DNA from: a virus | Direction: 5' to 3' (one strand) | DNA: 64,000 bases | IMG/VR virus record: IMGVR_UViG_3300031519_004559 | Shown: in pieces, positions 46,519 through 53,922 of the stretch | How the letters are laid out: each line of letters starts with the position of its first letter | How positions within the stretch are numbered: position 1 is the stretch's first letter | The notes under the pieces: generated by a model | The model's database searches: none | What the model saw: the letters and a program-made list of their open reading frames with translations, nothing else | What the model was told of the DNA's origin: nothing | Made by a program: the position numbers and the translations under genes

Positions 46519-47610
46519 TTACCACCCCATTTGCTCCCAAGGTACATCTTTGTCACCAAAGTGTCCGTAAATACAATTCTCGCTATAGTTAGTATAGTTG
46601 AAAAGATCAAATCTGTCAATGATTCCTTTTGGTGTTAAATCAATTTCACGCTCAATAAAGTTAGCTATCGAACGATTGTGTCCGTTCGAATCAATATAAA
46701 TGCTTGTTGGTTCTTTAATACCAATAGCATAACTTAGTTGTATATTACACCAGTCTGCCATTTCATCTGCTACTACGTTCTTAGCTAACCAACGGGCCAT
46801 ATAAGCTGCACTACGATCTACTTTAGTAGGATCTTTGCCACTAAAAGCACCGCCCCCGTGAGGAGCAAACCCCCCATAAGTATCGACAATAATCTTTCTC
46901 CCAGTAACTCCGGAGTCACCATCAGGACCACCAATAACAAAATTGCCAGTAGGATTAAGATGCCATACAGTATCGCTATCAATTAAGTCTCCTAACTCTT
47001 CTATTGCCGCAAGTTTACATAAATGCCTTGCTTCTTCTACATTGCCTTCAGTGTGCTGTGTACTAATAACAATTTGATCAATGCGTTTAATAACACCGTC
47101 TCGTCTTGCACCATTGTACTCTACACTTACTTGTGATTTAGCATCCGGACCTAGTATACTACCACGCTTTGTCTTTAAGTTTTTAAGGATAGCGTGACTG
47201 TAATGAATAGGCGCTGGCATCATGCTAGGTGTATGATTACACGCATAACCAAACATAATACCTTGATCGCCTGCTCCAAAGCTATCTGTGCCTAGTGCAA
47301 TGTCTGCACTTTGTTCGTGAATTTCATTATACAACCGTAATTCGTCCCAATGAAATCCATCTTGCTCGTAGCCAATTTCTTTAACTTTGTTTCGAACAAT
47401 TTGTTCTACTTCGGCTCTAGTTACATTAAAGTTCTTAACTTCGCCTGCTAGTGTAACCATGTTGGTAGTTACTAGTGTTTCAACTGCTACTCGTGTAGTT
47501 GTATCGCCTGCGGCTAATCCGGCATCTACAATCGCATCACTAATTTGATCTGCTACTTTATCTGGATGCCCGTCACTAACACTTTCACTTGTAAAAATAT
47601 GTTTTTGCAT
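46519..47610 (-). CDS. metK: S-adenosylmethionine synthetase
   Basis: FTSESVSDGHPDK, GAGDQG, GGGAFSGKDPTKVDRS. Confidence 0.97.
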   Translation of the reverse strand: MQKHIFTSESVSDGHPDKVADQISDAIVDAGLAAGDTTTRVAVETLVTTNMVTLAGEVKNFNVTRAEVEQIVRNKVKEIGYEQDGFHWDELRLYNEIHEQSADIALGTDSFGAGDQGIMFGYACNHTPSMMPAPIHYSHAILKNLKTKRGSILGPDAKSQVSVEYNGARRDGVIKRIDQIVISTQHTEGNVEEARHLCKLAAIEELGDLIDSDTVWHLNPTGNFVIGGPDGDSGVTGRKIIVDTYGGFAPHGGGAFSGKDPTKVDRSAAYMARWLAKNVVADEMADWCNIQLSYAIGIKEPTSIYIDSNGHNRSIANFIEREIDLTPKGIIDRFDLFNYTNYSENCIYGHFGDKDVPWEQMGW

Positions 47611-48023
47611 TATGATACTTCACTCGCTCCGTCAGCCAACGGCTTTACATTAATATATCCTGCACCTCGATCTGTATCCATGCCTTCTTCTGATAACATG
47701 TTATAGACAATGTCTTTGAACCAACGATCGACTACTTCTTCTTCAGGATCGGATTCTGTGCCGTAACCGTGTCTAATTAATTCTACAATAAAGTATTTGT
47801 TCCAGTCAAGTTCAAAAAACCCATTGCGTATATTCTTTTCATTTACTTTCATGTCAAGTACATTAACCCAAGGCATCTTCTTACGTGTTGCATATGCCTT
47901 AGGGTCAGTGCCTTTAACATGTGCTAGTTCTTTTTCTTTTAACTCTTTTTCTTGCTTGTCAATCTTTGCTTGATTAGCTTCTACCTTGTCTTGCCCTGTT
48001 AATTTTTTAATAAAGTTTTTCAT
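47610..48023 (-). CDS. Hypothetical protein
   Basis: 137-aa ORF; PWV..NGFFELDWN..VDRWF. Confidence 0.75.
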   Translation of the reverse strand: MKNFIKKLTGQDKVEANQAKIDKQEKELKEKELAHVKGTDPKAYATRKKMPWVNVLDMKVNEKNIRNGFFELDWNKYFIVELIRHGYGTESDPEEEVVDRWFKDIVYNMLSEEGMDTDRGAGYINVKPLADGASEVS

Positions 48024-48136
48024 ATTAATCCTTTTCTTCTTAGTTTATCGTCTAAATTTTCTTTGTCAATTGGAGCAGTCATTGCTGTCTTGTGTACGTC
48101 ATTAATGTACTTAGGTTCCCTAGGTACCCCAGGCAT
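48020..48136 (-). CDS. Possible 38-aa hypothetical protein (MPGVPREPK...)
   Basis: Fills the gap between queE and the next gene; its TGA overlaps the next ATG. Confidence 0.4.
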   Translation of the reverse strand: MPGVPREPKYINDVHKTAMTAPIDKENLDDKLRRKGLI

Positions 48137-49016
48137 TTCCGAATAAGCTGATGTGTAGTCTAGGGGTGAAGCGCCATCCCTTTTCCATGCAAACTTCCGC
48201 AACTTCTTTAACGTTAAGGACATACTCTTCCGAGCGTCCCCCAAGCGGCATACAATATACTGGACACTCAACGCCGACATCACGATATGCTTGCACAGCT
48301 CGCCCAGCTTCATCAATGTCTGCACGATCAGCAACGACAAATTTAAGATAAAGATCACTGCCATCAACAGTGGAATAGTTAAGAGCGACATCAGGCTTAA
48401 TAGCGTCCATCCAAGATTCTCCGCTAACGGATAGCTTAGGCGAACAACTCCACGTGACAGTAATTCTGTCACTATTGTTGAGATAGTTGTAGAGGTCATC
48501 ATGTAATACTTGTGTAGTGTTTGTTTCAAATGTAACATTTTTTAAATCCTTCATACGTGGATGTTCGAACAGTTCTACGTAAAGTCGTTGCCACGCTAAC
48601 AACGGCTCACCACCTGTCATAATTAAATGGATATCTTGTCCGTTATCCATTGTCCACTTGCCTTCTGGAGTAAGAGATAGCAAATGCTCAACTACTTCTT
48701 CAACTTCTGCAAGTTTGTTAAAGTCTTTAAACTCAGGATAGATACTTGCATAAGTGTCACATCCTGTATGGATAATAGGCAAATCTGTAAACTTTTCAGT
48801 CTTTGCAATAATGCCATCATCTAACAAATCTTTTACTTCTTGATTGTAGCGTTGCCCGCCTGCAAGTTTTTCTGCACGACTAGGTTCATCTTTACCGAGT
48901 CCAAAGTTCATACAACGGAAGTTACAACCGAAGGTACGCAAGAATACACTAGGTACTCCTACAAACTTACCTTCGCCTTGTACGCTGTAGAACGCTTCAC
49001 TGTACCGCAACTTCAT
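48120..49016 (-). CDS. queE: 7-carboxy-7-deazaguanine synthase (radical SAM) with atypical Cys spacing
   Basis: EAFYSVQGEG..G.PSVFLRTFGCNFRC, GCDT, TGGEP, ETN, SPK, RLH; adjacent to folE. Confidence 0.92.
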   Translation of the reverse strand: MKLRYSEAFYSVQGEGKFVGVPSVFLRTFGCNFRCMNFGLGKDEPSRAEKLAGGQRYNQEVKDLLDDGIIAKTEKFTDLPIIHTGCDTYASIYPEFKDFNKLAEVEEVVEHLLSLTPEGKWTMDNGQDIHLIMTGGEPLLAWQRLYVELFEHPRMKDLKNVTFETNTTQVLHDDLYNYLNNSDRITVTWSCSPKLSVSGESWMDAIKPDVALNYSTVDGSDLYLKFVVADRADIDEAGRAVQAYRDVGVECPVYCMPLGGRSEEYVLNVKEVAEVCMEKGWRFTPRLHISLFGNAWGT

Positions 49017-49696
49017 CGTGCAAACTCCTGTTGCAATTTAATGTTGTCAAAGAACTCCTTCTTAGTACCCGGATCATATTTAAAACTACCTTGTAATACA
49101 GTTGTTTGTGTAAGACTGCTAGTTGCCATAATGCCACGGTTCTCACAACAGCCGTGTGTTGCTTGAATATAAACACCTAAGTTTTCTGCACCAGTTGCTT
49201 TACCAATCTCACGTGCAATGTCATTTGCAAGTTCTTCTTGTAGAGTGCCACGTCGAGCGCACCATTGTGCAATACGTGTGTACTTACTAAGTCCGATAAG
49301 TTTGTCTGCAGCAATAATACCAATATATGCAGTGCCTGTAACAGGCTGGTGATGATGTGAACACATGCTTTTAAGTTCACTACGTACAACCAACATTCCG
49401 TCATATCGTTCATCACTGTCATTAGGAAATGCTGTTGCACTTGGCATTGGGTCATACCGACCTGACATAATCTCATTAAAGTACATCTTAGCAAGCCGTC
49501 TTGCTGTACCTTCTGAGTTAGGATCGTTGCGTCGATCAATAATTAGTGTATCTAGTACAGTGTTAAAAGCTAGAGTAGCTTCATCAATAAGATCTTGTTT
49601 ATCTCCATCTTCTAACACTGCACTAATATTGTCGCCGGCCCAAAAGCGTATATTGTTTACTTCTAGACGTTGTTTAACTACTTCTGATTTATTCAT
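49013..49696 (-). CDS. folE: GTP cyclohydrolase I
   Basis: SMCSHH, GLSK..R..LQE, HGC..RG. Confidence 0.95.
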   Translation of the reverse strand: MNKSEVVKQRLEVNNIRFWAGDNISAVLEDGDKQDLIDEATLAFNTVLDTLIIDRRNDPNSEGTARRLAKMYFNEIMSGRYDPMPSATAFPNDSDERYDGMLVVRSELKSMCSHHHQPVTGTAYIGIIAADKLIGLSKYTRIAQWCARRGTLQEELANDIAREIGKATGAENLGVYIQATHGCCENRGIMATSSLTQTTVLQGSFKYDPGTKKEFFDNIKLQQEFAR

Positions 49697-49742
49697 TCAC
49701 TTCTCCGATGTTTAGGCAGGGGATTGCCTGTAATATACTATA

Positions 49743-49771
49743 AGTATACACGTTTATTTAGGTTTTGTCAA
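49743..49771 (-). promoter_or_regulatory. sigma70 promoter TTGACA-17-TATACT (CTAAATA inside the spacer)
   Basis: Read on the minus strand, upstream of folE. Confidence 0.85.
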
Positions 49772-49778
49772 CCGTTAA

Positions 49779-49973
49779 CTAAAATAATTTTAGCATTTCT
49801 AAACGGTCATTTGCTTCTGCCATTTTATCAAGTTCTGTTTGAATAGCCTCCATCACATCACTGTGTTCACCAATACCGGCTGGGTTAGTTAAGTACACTT
49901 CGACATTTGCTTTGTGCAATGCAATAGCGCCTTCGGCATGTTTCTGTGCCGCTTCAATCATCATGTTACGCAT
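49779..49973 (-). CDS. Small hypothetical protein
   Basis: 64 aa from ATG 49973 (AAGGA RBS); NPAGIGEHSD motif. Confidence 0.7.
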   Translation of the reverse strand: MRNMMIEAAQKHAEGAIALHKANVEVYLTNPAGIGEHSDVMEAIQTELDKMAEANDRLEMLKLF

Positions 49974-50346
49974 GATAGTTTCCTTTCTCTGGGATAACGT
50001 GACGTACCCCGCCACGGGGGTCTTCTGTATCACCGTCTCTTCTAAAGATAAGGTGTACGTGGGGATACATGCAAGTCTGACCTGCACTCTCTCCCATATT
50101 AAGGCCAATGTTATAGCCTGTAATATCATTGTTTGCTGCTACTTTATTTTGATCGCCCATAGCAACAGCAAATTTAAAACATTTCATTAGCTCTTCTTGT
50201 GTCACTTGTTTAGGTACTATAAGAGTATGTCCTTGTGTAACCGGATATGCATCTTCGTACACTACAAAGTCTCTAGTATCGTATGTTACATTGGTCCACG
50301 GCGCTCGCCCGTCCGCTTGTGCCTTAGCTAGAGTATCAATACTCAC
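49966..50346 (-). CDS. HIT family nucleotide hydrolase
   Basis: DAYPVTQGHTLIVPK; GYNIGLN.G..AGQT; YPHVHLI..DPRGGVR. Confidence 0.9.
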   Translation of the reverse strand: MSIDTLAKAQADGRAPWTNVTYDTRDFVVYEDAYPVTQGHTLIVPKQVTQEELMKCFKFAVAMGDQNKVAANNDITGYNIGLNMGESAGQTCMYPHVHLIFRRDGDTEDPRGGVRHVIPEKGNYHA

Positions 50347-50878
50347 CTACATTCTCCCATGGGTAAACTAACCAAACATCTTCTTCAGCTTTGTTGATTT
50401 CGTGACAAGTATAACTAACAGGAACTTCGGCATTACTTGCACCATTATCTGTTAGTGTCGCAAAGCGAACATTGTTGCCCCATACTGCATTCCATCGATC
50501 ATGCTCCATTGGCATACAGCCCGATGGCCAGTCTTCTTTGATCCAATTGAAAGTAGCACCAGTATCGTTGATATCATCTACAATAAGGATGTTCTTACTC
50601 AATGGAGGGAAGCCTTCCTCTCCTTTAGGTTCGTAACCAAATGCATCTTCTGCCATCCATAAGTTGCTTTCGCTTTCACTGTCATCGTCTCGTAGACTAA
50701 CTTTAAGTGCTTCGCAACGTATGCCAGTCATATTACTAATAATAGTAGCAGGTACATTACCACCGCGTGTAAGTCCTACAATGTAATCAGGACGCCAGTT
50801 GTCTGTATACATTTGATTAACAATGCTTACACACATACGTTCAATGTCAGTCCAGCTGTAATAATGTTTCTTAATCAT
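50336..50878 (-). CDS. Type I phosphoribosyltransferase (xanthine-guanine PRT-like)
   Basis: LTRGG, PRPP loop ILIVDDINDTGAT, C-terminal WLVYPWE. Confidence 0.9.
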   Translation of the reverse strand: MIKKHYYSWTDIERMCVSIVNQMYTDNWRPDYIVGLTRGGNVPATIISNMTGIRCEALKVSLRDDDSESESNLWMAEDAFGYEPKGEEGFPPLSKNILIVDDINDTGATFNWIKEDWPSGCMPMEHDRWNAVWGNNVRFATLTDNGASNAEVPVSYTCHEINKAEEDVWLVYPWENVGEY

Positions 50879-50887
50879 AGTTAGTCC

Positions 50888-51040
50888 TTAGTTAATTATA
50901 TCAGGGGTTATTAAATCTACAGTGTTTACGACTGTCTTGCCTGCATATATTGCAGTTGTTGCAGTTACGTCTACAATCGCTGCTGTTGTGGAACAGCCTG
51001 TTAGAAGGAACAGTATAAGAAAAGCGTTTACTTTAATCAT
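50888..51040 (-). CDS. Small lipoprotein (50 aa, absent from the ORF track)
   Basis: Manual translation MIKVNAFLILFLLTGCSTTAAIVDVTATTAIYAGKTVVNTVDLITPDIIN; lipobox LTGC; ATGA overlap with the upstream stop. Confidence 0.75.
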   Translation of the reverse strand: MIKVNAFLILFLLTGCSTTAAIVDVTATTAIYAGKTVVNTVDLITPDIIN

Positions 51041-51225
51041 TTTCCCGCCTTTGAGTCTTTCTCTGCTTTAGTTAGTTTTTGATTCCAGCTACTATTGCTA
51101 ATACCAAGTTCGCTGGGCATAGGCTTTGTTTTGCCTTTAGTAATTTCTCCACCTTTGGCAAGAAACTCTGCCTTCATTCGTTCTAGTTCATCATCTTTAG
51201 GTTTTGCATCGTGATTCATTGGCAT
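51037..51225 (-). CDS. Small hypothetical protein
   Basis: 62 aa; EFLAKGGEITK; AAGGA RBS. Confidence 0.7.
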   Translation of the reverse strand: MPMNHDAKPKDDELERMKAEFLAKGGEITKGKTKPMPSELGISNSSWNQKLTKAEKDSKAGK

Positions 51226-51237
51226 GCGCAGTATTCC

Positions 51238-51459
51238 TTATTTGTATTTGTTAAATGCCGCAATTCTGTCTGCACGAGTATATCCTCGATCAAGTGCATA
51301 AGGATCAATATTTAATTTAGCTGCTATGTCGGTTGCTTCTTTTAAAGAACGACACGTACTAACTAAAATGTCTCTAGCTAATAGTACCTTCCATCTTGGA
51401 TTTTGTTTAGTATCTGTTGTTTCTACTACTGTGTAGTCGGTGTGTATTCTTTTAGCCAT
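51238..51459 (-). CDS. Small hypothetical protein
   Basis: 73 aa; AAGGA RBS. Confidence 0.65.
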   Translation of the reverse strand: MAKRIHTDYTVVETTDTKQNPRWKVLLARDILVSTCRSLKEATDIAAKLNIDPYALDRGYTRADRIAAFNKYK

Positions 51460-51510
51460 TAAAACATTCCTTGTTTATTAAAACGAGACGCTATTGCCTT
51501 CGTAGTTGCC

Positions 51511-52566
51511 TTACTCATTAGATATTGCCTCATAAAGTGCGCTACCGCTAAAAAACTCTTTGTTAAGTTTAGTAACTTGCTTGTTAATATTTGGAAGTAG
51601 ATCATCATAGTTTTCCATATAGTTTACAATTTGTGCGACTATTTTGTCTTTATGATGCAAGTATGCGTCATAGTTCTCAGTCCACTCACTAGGGTATTTA
51701 AATATGTCTAACCCCATTTCACTGTAACTTAGACGATCAGGTACCATAGGAATAGCATCAACTAATGCGCCTTCATACCAGCTAATGCCAAGTGTTTCTT
51801 GTAGGTTAGCACTAAACACCATCTTAGCTTCGCCTAACAAGTTATGATATTCGTTTTTAGTAAGTTGGTAATCTTGACAAACAACAAACTCGTATTGCGG
51901 CAACCGCTCTGCAAGATCTCTAAAGATTTCAACTTGCTTTTCAGGTGCAACTCTATGTGGAAATAAGATCAAGTCTCGTTTTGTCATACCTTTATAACTA
52001 TCTAAACTGCTACGCAAGTACTCCATAGGCCAGCCAACTCTTATTGCTTTGTCCATATCAACATTATAATTATCCATCATTGTATCTGTAAATAAATCAA
52101 TATGGAATTCACTTGCAAAGAAGTTGTCATCATAGCATTCGTACATTGACATTTCAGCATGTCTAACCCACGGCTTGTCACCTATTAGTCTACCCAAGAA
52201 GTCTTGTGGATCGTAACTACCAGCATGCCACATGCCGCCAATACGAATGTCAACACCTAGTAACTCTGCCATATACTTTAATTGTATAACAGTAGGGTTC
52301 CAAGCATCTGTGTATAAAAAGTAGTCACCGTCCTTAACTTCTCCGTTAGCAAATATCCTGCTAATCTCTAACATTTGTTGGGATTTATAATTATTAGTTC
52401 CTGCAAAGTTAAGAAATGCCCCAGGCGTTGTAGCCTGAGGTACTTCTCCGCCACTAATTACAGTGACGTCTTCGTTTGTAGCTCGTTGCAGTTGTTTAGG
52501 AAGATACTCTTTCCATTGCTTAGTATAGCGTGAGTCAACTGCTTCAATGTCTACAATATAAATCAA
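51511..52566 (-). CDS. GT-B (GT4-like) glycosyltransferase
   Basis: FPHRVAPEK and QETLGISWYEG (Ex7E-type) motifs; probable TTG start at 52566 overlapping the upstream stop. Confidence 0.75.
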   Translation of the reverse strand: MIYIVDIEAVDSRYTKQWKEYLPKQLQRATNEDVTVISGGEVPQATTPGAFLNFAGTNNYKSQQMLEISRIFANGEVKDGDYFLYTDAWNPTVIQLKYMAELLGVDIRIGGMWHAGSYDPQDFLGRLIGDKPWVRHAEMSMYECYDDNFFASEFHIDLFTDTMMDNYNVDMDKAIRVGWPMEYLRSSLDSYKGMTKRDLILFPHRVAPEKQVEIFRDLAERLPQYEFVVCQDYQLTKNEYHNLLGEAKMVFSANLQETLGISWYEGALVDAIPMVPDRLSYSEMGLDIFKYPSEWTENYDAYLHHKDKIVAQIVNYMENYDDLLPNINKQVTKLNKEFFSGSALYEAISNE

Positions 52567-52757
52567 TTTCCGTTCCTTGCCCGACGTTGTTGCCGACCTT
52601 GGTATTTTTGCCAAGAAAGATAACTTTCCCAGATTCGATCGCCTTTCTTATAAAGACTCTTTTCGTCATACGGTTTAGCTTCGAACCTACAGTAGTCTTT
52701 AAACTTATCTAGGTCATCAAATACTTTATTGTATGCTTCCCGATTGAAGTTAGCCAT
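52563..52757 (-). CDS. Small hypothetical protein
   Basis: 64 aa from ATG 52757; VFDDLDKFKDYCRF. Confidence 0.7.
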   Translation of the reverse strand: MANFNREAYNKVFDDLDKFKDYCRFEAKPYDEKSLYKKGDRIWESYLSWQKYQGRQQRRARNGN

Positions 52758-52777
52758 TTTATGTTCCTTTAATAGCA

Positions 52778-53227
52778 TTAGTTTTTAGGATAAAAAATTG
52801 AACAGCCGTTTTCGCCATCTTCGGCGACATCAATTTCTACAAACCGGCTTGGGTATTTTGTAGAAATTTCTTGGTACAAATCATCTGCGATCATCTCACA
52901 TGACTTGTGATTCAGTTGTATTACATCTTGTGCATACAACCGTTCCATCCAGCGTTTAAACTGAATAAACTCAATATCGCGATCGTTGTGAAACACTTCG
53001 ATGCGAACTTTAAAGTGGAAAATATGACGATGCGGAATGCCTAGGAATGATACATCATCCCATTCGCCTGTTGCTAGTTTAGGATCAGTGTCTGCGCCTG
53101 GGTACATATGTACACCTTCTTTACGAAAGGTAACCCATACACTTCTGCTTGCTTGTTGTGTTGTCATTTTATCGTCTTCTTCTCTTGTTCTACGTAGCAT
53201 ATAATCATAATAAGCTTCATTTGTCAT
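52778..53227 (-). CDS. dpdL: QueD-like T-fold protein, DpdL-like (putative CDG decarboxylase)
   Basis: LGIPHRHIF matches LxxxHRHxF rather than the QueD CxxxHGH motif; SCEMIA and EDGENG T-fold tail. Confidence 0.7.
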   Translation of the reverse strand: MTNEAYYDYMLRRTREEDDKMTTQQASRSVWVTFRKEGVHMYPGADTDPKLATGEWDDVSFLGIPHRHIFHFKVRIEVFHNDRDIEFIQFKRWMERLYAQDVIQLNHKSCEMIADDLYQEISTKYPSRFVEIDVAEDGENGCSIFYPKN

Positions 53228-53233
53228 AGTACT

Positions 53234-53262
53234 AGTATACTTTCATTTGATTACTTTGTCAA
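53234..53262 (-). promoter_or_regulatory. sigma70 promoter TTGACA-17-TATACT; possible leaderless transcript
   Basis: The -10 box ends 6 nt before ATG 53227; the -35 lies in the 3' end of the upstream CDS. Confidence 0.8.
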
Positions 53263-53764
53263 GGCCATAATTGTTCCAATCCGTAAATTTATTACGGTCC
53301 ATCAACTCATGCAGGCTATGGCACCAAACACCTGGATTAGTTGCTTTAAAATCTTTATCGTCAATTTTAATCATTGTGTTGTAGTTCCACTGTTTAACAT
53401 AAGGAACCACAACACGAAGTTGCGGAATAAAGTTATCTACCTCAGTTAGACCGCCGTCTAAGAACCATTCAAGGTTAATAGTACTTGGAATGTCTAAACT
53501 GCATAAGATACCTTGATCTGTAAACGCACGGATCATTAGATCCCAGTCTTCAAACTCATCTGAAGTAACTGGCTTATAACTGTGATTAGCACCAAAGAAG
53601 ATATGTTCGCACTGTTCTTCTTTGTAGAACTTCATTATCTCGTTGTAGTCCTGTGTGCCAGTAACAAACAATGTCTTCATTCCAAACGCAGGAGTCTTTT
53701 CAACTTCTACACCTGTAAAGAAGATGATGTCGTTTGCTTCGCCTGTGTCGTAATCACGTTTCAT
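53243..53764 (-). CDS. Hypothetical protein within the deazaguanine module
   Basis: 173 aa; FTGVEVEKTPA.GMKTLFV..HIFFGANHS..NPGVWC. Confidence 0.75.
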   Translation of the reverse strand: MKRDYDTGEANDIIFFTGVEVEKTPAFGMKTLFVTGTQDYNEIMKFYKEEQCEHIFFGANHSYKPVTSDEFEDWDLMIRAFTDQGILCSLDIPSTINLEWFLDGGLTEVDNFIPQLRVVVPYVKQWNYNTMIKIDDKDFKATNPGVWCHSLHELMDRNKFTDWNNYGLDKVIK

Positions 53765-53921
53765 TTTTTAATTGATCCTTAATTGCCAGTTTTTCTTTTT
53801 TTAATTGCTGTACTTCCATTTCATTAGCACGTTCTTTTTCAGACTTTTCTATTACACCGTGTAAATGTTCGTGCATCTTTTTAAGTCTTTCTAAGTTTTT
53901 CTTTTTAGGACGCAAAGCCAT
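53754..53921 (-). CDS. DUF465/YdcH-like small coiled-coil protein
   Basis: H..L..I..E..LKKEKLAIKDQL; start ATG 53921 (GGAG RBS). Confidence 0.65.
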   Translation of the reverse strand: MALRPKKKNLERLKKMHEHLHGVIEKSEKERANEMEVQQLKKEKLAIKDQLKNET

Positions 53922-53922
53922 T

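Noticed and set aside
48020-48538. 172-aa ORF overlapping queE in another frame
   Set aside because: About 400 nt overlap with a well-supported gene and no motif; only the last 38 codons are kept as a possible gene.
49697-49735. Canonical preQ1-I riboswitch
   Set aside because: The 6-nt loop is too short and the consensus nucleotides are not evident; kept only as a weak structured-leader finding.
52778-53227. Annotation as canonical QueD
   Set aside because: Lacks the catalytic CxxxHGH motif; has LxxxHRHxF instead.
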